From Marsupella aquatica (Eukaryota > Plantae > Marchantiophyta), in the NCBI GenBank assembly GCA_973895155.1, contig OZ316899.1, positions 581,573 to 645,572 on the forward strand: a stretch of DNA of 64,000 nucleotides. The letters run 5' to 3'. Positions within the stretch are counted from its first letter, which is position 1. Each line of letters opens with the position of its first letter. The notes under the pieces are model-generated. The model was not told where the DNA came from and did no database searches. It worked only from the letters and a program-made list of their open reading frames with translations. The position numbers and the translations under genes were made by a program. Positions 24,001 through 35,959 of the stretch are shown one piece after another.

Positions 24001-25362
24001 TGTGCCTTGCCGATCTCCGCCCTCGGCAAGTTACAATGCATGGTCACCCGCAAGAAGTCGATCATCTCTCCTATGTGCGGGTTGGTGCAGGTGTTCCGGA
24101 AGAAGCCATTCTTCGTTGATGGCCCGGGGAACGACCGGAACTCCCTGTCAGGCAAGGTCTTCCTGGTATCAACTTTGGTCTTATTGCCTATCGGCAAGCC
24201 AAACACTTCGGCAATCACTTTGGGGGTAAGATAGAAATCCTTCCCATATATCCTCGTGCAATTGGTCTCGGGTTCCCATGACCCCACGAATTCTAATAGG
24301 TCTGACTCCGGTACCTCCGGCTTCAGCCATGGTAATCTTACAAAGGCCTCTAAGCCGGATCCGGCCATGAAGCCTTGGTACTTCTTGGTCTGCATGGCCG
24401 TAAAGCATGCATCCTCCTCCCGTGCAAAATGTAGTTGCACCTCTACCGGTAGGGTTGCCGCCCAGCCCTTCCAGGTGTCATCCCTGGTTGGAATGGCCTT
24501 GATGGGATCGACCTCCTCCTCTTCGGCTTCTCCCTGCCTCCTGCTCTGCTGCTCGGCTGGCTTCTTTGGTGCCGCCGACCTCGTTCTTTTTGCCGGGGTG
24601 GCTTCATCATTGACGGCTCCCTTCCTCTTCATCTCTGCTGCCGTGGAGGTTTCTCCTAGCACTATTGCCTGGGTCCACCTTTCCGTGCTACCCTTCAATT
24701 CCCAGTGTATGTCGTTGCAGTTCTTGATGGCCTCTCGGATGCCGACGACGCTGTCTTTGCAAAACAGAAGATCGTCGAGCTGATTGGAAGTAGGAGTCCA
24801 CAAGAACTCGTCTTTGATGAGTTCGCCTCCTAAGAAAGCCGTCTTCTGCAGCTCCCACAATCGAGCGAGCTCCTGCCGTTCTCGAGCTGCCCTTTCTGAT
24901 TCCTCGTCCTCGTAAGTCTTGATGTACTCAGTTGCCCGTTCGAACAGGCATCCCCAGAAATGTGCCGCTTGATTGACGTTGCTCATACCCTCCTTAGGTC
25001 GATCGTCGGTATCTACTCTCTCCCCGAGTGCTTGCCTAAGCAGCTGACAGTAGTTGGCCTCCCGTAGTCGTCTACCTAGTTCGTGCTCGCAAATGAGCCA
25101 CCATCTCCTGCAAGCGCTCCTTACCCCTCTCCTCTTCAGGTCCTTCCTCCCGTTGATCCTTCCTAGCCGCCGATGCTTAACGCGCCCTAACCCTAATCGA
25201 GTTTTCACCCCCAGCGTCCTTACCTCCGGCCTCGGCCCGGGTTCCATGGTTGCCCCTAATTGTTTATATTTTCCTTGTTTTGTCCCTATACTAAGGTGTT
25301 TCTAGGGTGCCTTCCTGCTTTACCCACTTAACTGGCCGAGTGATTCCTGTCTAGGCATCACA
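21036..25362 (-). repeat. 5' LTR of element A, main piece (total LTR about 4671 bp)
   Basis: The right 760 bp match 1..760; joins 6987..7330 across the TSD. Confidence 0.92.
21606..25247 (-). CDS. LTR-encoded protein(s) of element A (one 1214-codon frame with stops at 23913 and 23508): conserved domain plus long coiled coil
   Basis: ORFs 23913..25247, 23508..23900 and 21606..23507 are co-frame. FVRLPW...LLEFV...IAEVFGLPIG...KNGFFRNTCTN aligns to element B FAHLLW...ICEFI...LTQIFGLPIG...DNGYKQGACTN. Confidence 0.8.
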
Positions 25363-27732
25363 GGGTTGGCGTCAGATGGGGTCAGCCCCCATTCCCTTGG
25401 TGGGAAAGGATGCCCTACATCAGTTTGGCTGGTGGTTGTTATGAATTACAACCTTCCACCATGGTTGTCCATGAAAAAAGGCTTCTTATTGTTGTCATTG
25501 ATTATCCCAGGTCCATCTAAGGTAAAAAACATGGACACCTACTTGGCACTATTGGTTGGGGAACTTCAAAAATTATGGGACGGTGTGTGGGTCTATGATG
25601 GTCGGAAAACTACAGGGGGATTACCGCGTGTCTTCAAATTAAAGGGAATCAATATGTGGACCATGCATGACTATCCTGGTAAGGTTTTCATGTATTAAAG
25701 AGTTTCTTTTAGAGGAAGTCCCTCATATTTATGTATGTACATGAACTTTTTAAATTCTTTGACTCTAATTGAGAAAGTTGTTTGGGTTTGGGTTTGTTTC
25801 AGGGTTACAAACTCAAGGGTATAAGGCATGCTCCACTTGTGGTCCAAGCCTTGAAGATATGGCCAAGTACTCAAGATGGCTTTGCAAGATAATCTACCTT
25901 GGGCATACAAAGTTTCTTCCACTTGGACATGAGATGAGGTCTGACCCCCTTCTATTTTCAGACTTTGACATGGTCAATGGTGATGAGCGTGACATACCTG
26001 AGCGTACATCCTTTGCACATTGGAAATCCATAGCTGATAGGGTGGCAGACCCTGACGACCCCATGACATTTGATGGAAGTGGGTTGACACGGTGGACTAT
26101 ACTAGCCACTTTATTGTATTGGCCGAGTTGAAGATTCATCACTTGTTAGACCCCATGCATATAGAGGGAAATGTTGGGAAGGCTTTGATCAAGCATTTTT
26201 ATGGAGAAAATGACCATAATTTTAGGGAGGCATGCCAAGATCTAGAACGACATCCAGATGTATGGATAACAGTTGATGAATCAACAAGGATGGAACACCG
26301 TCCTTCAGCTCCTTGGGTTTTGAGTGTTGGTGAAAGAAGAGAGTTTCGACAACGTATAGGTCAGATGCGGTTTCCTACAGGCTATGGTGCCAATCTCCGA
26401 AAAGCTTTTGGGATGGAGGACAGTCATAAGTCGCCAATGTATCTGAAGACACATGACTATCACCGTTTACTAAAATATATACTTCCTATGGCAATCATAG
26501 GCTTGGGCAGTGAAGAAGTGCAAGATGCCCTCTGGTCATTGGGCACTTTGTTGAGATGGATATGCTCAAAGGAAACATATGAAGAAGAGATCCCACGTAT
26601 GGAGGTATTGGCAGCTGAGGTAGTTTGCAAGTTAGAGAAGACCCTCCCTCCGTCCTTCTTTGATTGTCAAGTGCATTTACTTGTTCATCTTGTGAGGGAG
26701 GTTGCCATTGCTGGTCCAGTGCATTGTTGTTTGATGTATTGGTTGGAAAGGTACATGGCTGTGTTAAAGGCTTATGTACGGAATCGTGCATGAGTGGAGG
26801 GGAGCATGGCAACAGGATACTTGGCAGCTGAGAGTATATTCTATTGTAGCAACATCTTAGCTACCATTGATCCTAGTTGTCCACGCAATTGGATGGAAGA
26901 GAGAGAAATGGAAGAGGATTGTTTAACAGGAGCCAAAAAAACACGCTTACTGACCGGAGTTGAGTTGACACAGATGACTACTTTCATGTTGAGTAATAGC
27001 ACTGTCATGGAAGAATGGAGAGAGTTTTATGAGGATGCAAAGAGGGAGAGTCGTCGCCCAAGGATTTTTCCAAAGTTCCTTGAGTATATGAGGGAGAAAG
27101 TACTTCAGTTGGATGCTATGGTGGCCCAAGGTGAGAGTGTATCACATTTTCCAGATATGACTCATGACGTTCGAACAATTGTTCATGGCCCTTTGAGACT
27201 TGTTCAGACCAAAACAACAATGTGGACATAAGGGAGACATTTCAGGATTTCTGACCTTGATGAGAAGAGGGGTAGAACTTTTGATTGTGGAGTTCAAGGG
27301 CAGTTCATGCAGGATTCACAAAGTAGCCGCCATGACACCAATGTCATCGGAGATGTGGTGCCTCACTATGGGAAGATAGAGGAGATCTTGATTGTATCCT
27401 ATGATGCAGATACAAAATTTGAAGAGTATGTCTTCAAATGTAAGTGGTTCAAAATTCACTTGGTTGGTGAGAATCGCACGGTACTTCTTGATGATTGTGG
27501 GTTTACTCGACTGAAGACATCAGCAACTAGCTTTCAACCATCTCATTGGCAAACATCTGAACCGTTTACATTCCCAAGTCACCTTGAGTAGTGTTTCTAT
27601 ATTCCGTACCCACCAGACCCAGAGGAGTGGTCAGTTGTTATACCGTATGTGCCACGGTCTCGTTCCATTATCTCAGAAAAACCTGAAGTTATTATTGTGT
27701 CAAACAAAGGAGAGGATGAGGACCAAGTTTGA
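25363..27732 (+). pseudogene. CACTA Tnp2/TnpD transposase (Transposase_21 C-part, DUF4218-, DUF4216-like), interrupted 5' by element A
   Basis: SDGVSP...YNLPPWL...IIPGP; WTMHDYPG then intron; LDPMHIEGNV; LKTHDYH; PPSFFDCQVHLLVHL; FKCKWF; several stops and frameshifts. Confidence 0.92.
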
Positions 27733-28489
27733 TGCATCACTAGTAGTAAAACTTGTTGTGGGGCGTATAATTGTGATTATATTAACTATCATGGTTTAAT
27801 TTATATTTACCTATTTATTTTCTTCTTTTGTCTTACAAACACTTGGACTTTGAAATTTACCGCTATATATATATGCAACCCTAGCCACTAGAAAAGTTAT
27901 CCTCATATATGCATGCCACTTTTTTGAAATCCCTAGCTTATAACCTAAACACATGCATTCTCCATCTTCTAAAGTATTCTCTCAAACATTTCTATTCTGA
28001 AAACTTTGCAAACAACTCTCTTTGCAAAACATTTTTTGAAGTAGTCGGGAAGGAATTTGTGGACCTCTTGTGAATAAAATTCCATCGGTCCTTCTGATAC
28101 AAATTGGTTCTCAAATTTGTGACCAAACTGGATTCAGTACTTTGCGACTCAACGTTCTTCACAATACTTTCCGAAGATAATAGGTTCACAAAACACTTGT
28201 GATCATATTAGAATCGCTAAATTATGAACCAAAATGTATCCGAATACGGTCGTGATGGTCGCGGACTCACAAAGTCGTTGCGATACAACTAGTATCTCAA
28301 GTTGTTGCAAAGCCAATAACATCCAAAATGAAGTGCGATGTATTTAGCTTCGCAACATGATTTTGCGACATTGAGAGCATGGGATATTGTGATGCGTGTT
28401 TCATCACAAAATATCTGAAGGCGCTAACATTGCAAGGCCTTCCCGACGTCGAAAAACACCTTCGCAAAAGGGGCCAATATGTAGTAGTG
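25363..28489 (+). mobile_element. CACTA (En/Spm) transposon 1, right part
   Basis: Right TIR GTAGTAGTG at 28481..28489 (reverse complement CACTACTAC); TTGCGA/TCGCAA subterminal repeats at about 28140..28470; transposase remnants upstream. Confidence 0.85.
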
Positions 28490-30019
28490 TAATCATTTCT
28501 GTAATTTTTAGCTTTGGTGACTTGCGATTGGAACTCCTAACTCCATTTTGACATTTCCTTCTAACCTACTACCTTCTATCTCATGTGCTTCACAATCACA
28601 ACTAATCATCATCACCATCTTCCCACCAATCAATTGATTACAATAGCATTTGTTTGCTTGAATGTGTGAAATTAGATTTGCAATAAAAGCTAGAAAGTTG
28701 TAGACCTCCCTCTGGCATCTGATTTTTCTCTCACCAACCAGACCTTGGTTGGTGCTCATATTTTTCCAGAATGTGTGTCTACTACCCTTCTACCTTCACA
28801 CCAAATTTCAGTCAATTTGGTCAAGCAAATGTGGATCCAAAAAATATTTGGTGTCCCTAAGTTTTCCTACCATTCATTTTCTGCAAATTTCAACTTTGAT
28901 GACTTGTGATTTGACATTATTTCTCCAATTTGACTTGTCTTTCCAGACCATGACTGCTTCACTTTGTTGCCTACAACTGATGACCACCTAATCCACCATA
29001 TCTCATCAATCAATTATTGATGGAGTCTTCACTCCTACCTAATCTCATGCCTCACTGTTAATATGTGAAACAAAAATGACCCCAACTTCCTAACGACATG
29101 TCCGTTTTGCCTGAATTGTTTTTGTGTATATTTCTCTATCTAAAATCTATTTACTCATAAAAAATTCAGAGTTTTTAATGACCTACAAAGATTTGATTAA
29201 AATATTGCAAAAGGCTACTCTACCTTAAACCTATCACTATTAACTTCTCACTCAATCTTCTAGGTTCAAAGTTGACCAAGGCCTAAATCCTTTCAACTAC
29301 ACTAAAATTACACACAAAGAGGTAATTATAAGTCTTAATAAACTCAAAAATTAACTAATAGTCCTGTGTGACACCTTTAAGGGGGCGCACAGGGAGACTT
29401 GTGAGCACATCGAGAACTATGGTCGCCACGAGGGTGATACACTAGGGTGTTTTCCCCACCATGTATTACCCTCTTCAGTCCATGAGATTCCAAGTAGTCT
29501 ACATTTGCTTAAGTAGGTTGCATGTAAACAACACTATGGAATGTATTGATTAATTTGTGTAAAATAATTGTGTGTTGAAATAGGTGCCTCATAGACCCCC
29601 ACCTCCTCTGGTTGCTGATGCTGTGTGGTTGGAAGGGTTTCTAGCAAGGGCCAGGGACTTGCTTGCATCCACCCCTGCCCATTTACCTCTTAGCCCCCTT
29701 GCCCTATCCCCACACATGAGGAAGAGCCAGTTCCTCGCCCAGAGGTTTTGCCTACTAGGGTCCTACATACACGACCATGGCCTTGCAGACGTAGACAGCA
29801 ATATGAACCAGTGGAGCAGGTAGAGAATCGGGAGGAGGTGTTACGTAGTGATCGACCACCCTAAAACAGAGATTATATTTGTGTTGAGGGCTGGTTTGGA
29901 CTATCTTATCTCACTGGTAGGGCCGCCGATGTTTGGAAGGACTTTTCTCCTAGTCTCTTCAAAATTCATTTCCAGATTTCATTCATATTGATGAACCAGT
30001 TGAGATATGGGGTCGGCCT

Positions 30020-30480
30020 CGGATAGTGAAGGTGTCCTCTATTGGTGTTGATATTGGATATGGTCTATATGCTTTGGAGGACATTGTGGTCCTTCCACAA
30101 CCATTGGGGTTGTCTATAATGCAAAGAGTTGGAACATTTTGTTGTGTCAACACCCAAATTGGGGGGTGTATGCATTGATGATGGACTCTGACCCAGATGA
30201 GGTTTTGACTAGACCGTGGTACTATAGGATGATTGATGGTGACCCTATTTGGAATGGTAATTTAGCAGGGTACATCAATAGTACCACGAGTAGGGGTAGA
30301 GATTTGGAGGCTAATATAGAATGGATCCAAATTTTTGGCCCACCTAGACATCCATATTTTGTTAAACATATGGATCACCATATCATAACAGTAGCCATTA
30401 GGACCATTAGAGCTGGTGAGGAAACCTTGTGTGAGTATGAGTGGGACGCACCAAAATTGTCCCTACGTTGCCATCCATGA
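30020..30480 (+). pseudogene. SET-domain (lysine methyltransferase-like) gene remnant
   Basis: VKVSSIGVDIGYGLYALEDI (frame from 30026), frameshift, then MIDGDP..GNLAGYINS...ANI...IITVAIRTIRAGEETLCEYEW; these match the SET motifs GxGLxA, NxxxxINxS and IxAGEE-Y. Confidence 0.75.
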
Positions 30481-30681
30481 TAGTATGTTGGACTTAAACA
30501 TGTATATATATTGGATTGTCTTCCCTTTTTTACAATATTGGATTAATGGAAGTGATGGTGATTTTCATTCATGCATGCATGTTATGAGATTGTTGCTAGT
30601 GATATTGTTGTGATGTTGTATGTACATGAATGATAGTCTAACCAATATGTGCAACTTGATATTGGGGTCATTTCATGAGCA

Positions 30682-31818
30682 ATGTGGCAGCACCTTCTTG
30701 AGGCCATGGTGGCCAACCGTGGCCATCATAAAGGGATGCAAGAGGATGAGGTACAACATGAGGGTGAAAATCCTACCCAAGTCCATGTTGACGAGGAGAG
30801 GGCCATGGATGAGCTCATGGACCAATTTTATGATGATGGCCTGGGAGACATTGGTATGGAGGACATTGGGGAGGATGATGAGAACACCACTCATCCACAT
30901 CTTTCTAAGGGGGCCCAAAACAAGGATTGGGAGGAGGCTCAACGTCATGCACCTACTTGCATATTTGGAGGGAGCCCCTTATCTTGGCTCTCTGGTATAA
31001 TGTTGTTGCTTAATGTGCAACAAAGACATGGGGCAAGCATCCTACTATTGGATGATGTTTTCTGTACCCTGCATGATTGTATTTTTCCACCAAGCAACAC
31101 CATGCCAAGCTCATGGAAGGAGGCTAAACAAGTGTTGAAGTCCATTGGTTTGAACTATGAAGTGATACATGCATGTGTGAATGATTGCATTCTTTTTAGG
31201 GGCGAGCATGAGAATGCAACTGCATGTCCTAAGTGTGAGAAGCCGCGGTACCGTGATGACATGCTGACTGGGAAGGTGCCTCAAAAGGTTATGCGATACT
31301 TTCCTCTCATCCCTCGATTGCGACATAATTACCGTTGTGCAAAGTTGGCTGAGTACATGGTATGGCACTCAAAGAATCATTCGGATATGGGCATGGACTC
31401 GGGTGCCATGAGGATGATGGTTGATTCTCCTGCCAATCAATTTGTAGAGGGCAGATGGGGCAAGTTTAGAACTGACCCACAACATGTTTGGCTTGGGTTG
31501 GTAGCCGACGGCATCAGCCCTTTTGCATTGGCGGGTAAGGCAAATCCATATTTAGTATGGCCTGTAGTTTTGACAAACTACAATATCCCTCCATGGATGG
31601 CGATGAAGAAAGGTCATTTACTACTCTCCATGATCATCCCTGGTTCTAAGCAAGTAAAAAAGATTGGTACCTACTTGCAACCATTGCTTGATGAGCTTCT
31701 GCAACTTTGGAGAGGAGTGGATTTTTATGACGGACGTTGCAACATAGGAGGTTTATCTCGTGCATTTACTCTGAAGGGCATCCTTATGTGGACATGCATG
31801 ATTTACCAGGTGTGGTAA
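30682..31818 (+). pseudogene. CACTA transposase 2, N-terminal half (Transposase_21-like), ends at an intron donor
   Basis: IHACVNDCILFRG...CPKCEKPRY, YFPLIPRL, ADGISPF, YNIPPW, LLDELLQLW; same subfamily and equivalent intron position as CACTA-1; no TIR found. Confidence 0.9.
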
Positions 31819-31989
31819 ACCCTAGTTTATTTCCTCAACGTACTACCTCACTTTTGCATTCAATGTTTAATTATCCCTTATTTTAGTATGAATTAATTAA
31901 CCTTATATCATTGGTTGGCTTTCTATTGTCAAACAATTGTCAAGGAGCTTAAGTGGCTTTTCTCCCCAAAAACTACCTAACACCTGCTC

Positions 31990-33130
31990 CATATCATACA
32001 AGGGTCATAAAGGATTGACAAAACTTTTGAAATATGCTTGCAATGTCTAATCACTCCATACATAAGTAGTTTCAACTCTCCACTTCTAGAGAGGTAGTCC
32101 CCTTGACTACTTTTGCACTCACACCCTTCCCCTCTCCTCTACTCCAAGGATCAGCAAGGGGGATCTCCGCTCCAAGCTGTCACCTTAGAGTAGATTCTCA
32201 CACAAACATCCAAGAACCCAAAGTACTTTCCCCTTCAAGCTTAAGTCCCCCTTAGACCCTCAAAGTAGTGTTACCCTTTAACCTTGCCCTCTTGGCCTTG
32301 GTTTGGGCCCACACATCCCCTTTGAGCTCTTAGAGACAACTCTTTTCTCTAAGGACTCTTCCGTCTTGTTTTCACTAAAGGCAAGGTACTTTCCATCCTC
32401 AAAATACAATCATCTCTAAGTCCCAAAGTAGTGCTCCACCTTAAACTTGTCTCCCTGGCCTTGGTTGTGTACCAGCACATCCCCTTCAAGCTTAGATCAA
32501 GATTGCACCCAAACATGGACTCTTCTCTTGCCCTCATACACTACAAATTCTCTCACACTTAATGGTCACAATGAAGATTGGGAAGGCTCATTTCATTGCA
32601 TACTCAATCTTTACAACAAAAGTTCACTACACATTCTTCACACTAAGCATGGACCACCTCTCCCTTCTCAAGCTTAGCCCTACCTTGGCAAGGTAGAGAT
32701 TCCACTTAAGAGATGAAACTCCCTGTCCCTAACAAAGGAAAACTTCCTCCTTTTATACTATTCTCCTTCCACACCACACCAATCTCGACCAAGGGTCCAA
32801 CTATACCTTCCCCAAGTCCTCCTAACACACAAAGTCCAACTCTATAGTTCATAGCCCACCCTACTACTTGCTATTTTGCCTCCTTCCAAGCCCTAGAATA
32901 TGCCACACATGAGTTGCATCCTTTGACCTCCAAACCTGCTCCCACTTATGGTCCTCCTCACCAGCTTTCCAACCCACTTGAAATCTCTCAACAAGAGTGA
33001 GTGAGTCTCAAGTTATGCATAGTCAAAGTTTACCTTATTTCACTTGTACCCCTTTTACTACCCTAAGTAAACTACCCCCTATACTTACTTCTCTTAACTT
33101 GATGGCCTTACAACTTTAAACAAAGGTAAG
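31990..33130 (-). repeat. Unassigned LTR-like non-coding fragment
   Basis: Pyrimidine-rich plus strand, recurring CCCTTCAAGCTTA, TATAAAAG on the minus strand near 32750; boundaries not defined. Confidence 0.3.
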
Positions 33131-33779
33131 TACTCTTCCCTAGCGCCTAATTAAAGTGGTCTGGGTGCGAGAAAGGTCATTCCCTAAATCTGGTGTTCAT
33201 TCCCCTATGTCGGCTCCAGTTTGCAAGCTATCGGGACCCCCTCGTGGCCTTGACTAAAAATATATTTGGGTGGTTCTTTTTCTGGGTTTCCAACTTCACC
33301 AAGGGGTGCCTTACCTTCCCCTAACTCAGCACAAAGAAAATTGGGCCCCAATGGATACCCCTCGCCAAAGTTATGCCCATTATCCCAAGGCCTATTTTTG
33401 GTGTAAAGTGGGTGTAAGCGGCGACCCGATTACACTTACTCTTTACACGCCCTTATGGAGATTCCAGGTGTCACCAAGGGAGAGTACTCTCATTATACTC
33501 ACGTTTTTTATGAATAATTTGATAAGGACATCAATTTTTGCAGCTATTTTCCTCTCTCTTGAATTCAATCTGAAACGACAACATTCTCTATTGGATTCGA
33601 ATGGCAACAGGTCAATCGACAGCTCAACCAGGTTTGCAGCATCCTTCTCAGTCCACCTCCATAGCCATCCAGCCTTGCAAGTGATTCAAAATTGCAGCAA
33701 AATTTTGCAGCAGCCATAGCCCCGTACTAGGTGCGGGGTATCGCTAGATCTTCGGGCTTAACTTTGCTGGATGGCCTGA

Positions 33780-34975
33780 ATGGATAGCTCGTGGAAAATA
33801 TCCTCTTAGAATGTGTGCGGGCTGTGTGAGCCCAATAGGAAACATGTGATTAAAAACTGGGCCGTGGCATTAAGGCCCCCTTTGGATATATTTGCATTGC
33901 AAGAAGTGAAGTCATAATAGTTCAGATTAGACATTGCCTTACGTACTATTCTACCACTATATCAACACTTCTCTACGGCCCCGGATGAGGGTCGGGGGGG
34001 TCAGCCCTACTCATACAACCCTTTCTTAAAGTGATTAGATCCGGTACACTTGAGCTTGGGAGAGCGGTATGGGTGATTATTGAGCATTCTAGTGGTCTGA
34101 TTGGAGTGGTCAGTGTGTATGCCCCAATTCTGCAAAGATAACGGGCTTTGTTATGGCATGAACTCAAGGTAGAATTTCCACAAGCAAACTGGATTTTGTG
34201 CGGTGATTTTAACATGACTGAATGTAAGATGGATTCATTGAGCGGATCCTCCTTATTGAAGGGGCGGGAGGCAGAATTTTGGCATTTTTACAAGTGCGAT
34301 TGGATCTTATTGATGTATATAACTTGGGCTGCACATTGATAAGATCAAAATACATGTCTTGCCTGGACGGGTTTTACCTTAGTGGACTAGGAGGTTGGAT
34401 TGCTGGTACTGTGGAGCTGACTCATGATGGGGGCTTGTCATTGTCGGACCATGATCCCATTGTGGTTGTTCTGCGCTTTTAGAATGAGGAGAGGGCATCT
34501 GAAAGAGGTAAGTCCCACTTTTTAAAGCTAACCCATACGTACTCCGGGATCCAAAGAATATTGATCAATTGGAGGCTGCCTGGCGTGCGGGGGTGAGGGC
34601 AAGGTGAACCCTCACTTTCGATTCTCTTGTGCATGTAATATACTGCGGAAAAAATATATGGAGCTGCAATCCTCACCGAGATAGTTTGAGGAGGAGATGA
34701 ACTTTCTGAGAGATAAAGTGAGACTACTTAAGACTACTATTGTAGATGAATACTCACTTGATGAACTGACAGAGTTTCTACACTTGGAGGACATGCTTCT
34801 CGTAGCGGAAGTTGAGACTGCACACCAGGCCAGACGGTTAGCCAGAATTCGGTGGCTGGGAGAAGGGGAGGAATCAATTAAAATTTTATTTTACCACAGT
34901 CAAGGCTAAAAGGGAGAGAGAAGCTATGAGGACGTTGGTAAAGGAGGATGGATTGGTAATTACAGATTTCAAGGA
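33780..34975 (+). pseudogene. LINE (L1-like) ORF2, APE endonuclease part (piece 1 of 3)
   Basis: MDSSWKISS*NVCGL...DIFALQEVK, WILCGDFNM, LSDHDPI, RWLGEG; ends at TSD AAGGA. Confidence 0.85.
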
Positions 34976-35959
34976 TGTAGTTTGCTATGAAGAACCAAAA
35001 ACACACTTAAAGGTCTTCAAACTTGGTATTCGTTCCCGTAAAGAACAAGAGTGGGTTGGTTTGATAGATTTAAACAACAATAATAGACTTAAACTGTTTT
35101 CTAGCACTAGAAGAATCCGAGGTGAACTGAGACCGCAATATATGACTCATTTTGGCTCATGTGACTTCATTGTGACTCAACGTGACTTGACCCACGCTGT
35201 GACCCTTGGAGTTGCAAAAGTTGAGACCAAAAAATGGAAGTCACTATTGATACTGGGCTTTGCAACTTGCCTGATACCCATTTGTGACTGATCTGTGACT
35301 TTATTGTGGAGTCTAGCCTTGTTTCGACGTGACTGCAATATGACTTCAGCGAGTCACATCGTAAGTCACATACATGACTTACCCCCATTCAACAACGACT
35401 AGCGTGTGACTATTTAGTGTCACAGGAGAGACCAATGGAGACCCTGGCCCGCGTCACACAACAGAACCATTTGGGACTCTATATACTCATGTTTATAACT
35501 AATAAGGTTCACATGCAAGTTATAACCATGACTAATGAACACAGAGGGACAGTTCATAAGGAGAGAGAGCACTCGACATTACAATACATAGAAACCTGAT
35601 GTTCTAACTTTAGAAATATAACACATTCAATACAAGAAATGAACATAGCATGAATGACATCCACATGAAACAAAGCATCATATAAGCAGATCCTACATAA
35701 AATATTCATAAGAATTAAACACAATCACAATCTTGCTAAAAAATGAAGATCATTTGAATTCCAATGGAATAGTTTACAATGTGATCAATGTAATTTAGAC
35801 AAAACAGGAACTCATAATTGATGACTGTAGGATGAGATAACTGAAAGCACATGCATGATACTATGAATCTCCAAGAGGACATGATTCTTGTACTGCTTCT
35901 TGACATCTAAAATCTACATAACATGACTCACACTACAAACAAATAATGGCATGACATTG

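Larger units (their letters stand above)
1..25362 (-). mobile_element. Gypsy LTR retrotransposon A (non-chromovirus, Athila/Tat-related, no archaeal RNase H), 3' LTR truncated by window edge; contains nested element B
   Basis: 1..760 repeats 24603..25362 (about 11 substitutions by manual count). Minus-strand LTR starts TGTGATGC (760 and 25362) and ends GCACCACA (6987). PBS, PPT and gag-PR-RT-RH-INT order are all present. Right flank GGGTT resumes a CACTA transposase frame (GL-ASDG). Confidence 0.95.

Noticed and set aside
25185-25196. CCCTAACCCTAA telomere-like motif
   Set aside because: Only two units, inside a coding frame; not an interstitial telomere.
33135-33148. CCCTAGCGCC resembling the A/B primer-binding site
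   Set aside because: Partial match, lacks the terminal CCA, and no LTR or gag is adjacent.
35411-35419. TATTTAGTG as the right end of a 315-bp CACTA MITE
   Set aside because: Matches the left TIR only over CACTA and has no TSD; the end at 49304 matches 11 bp with TSD TAG.
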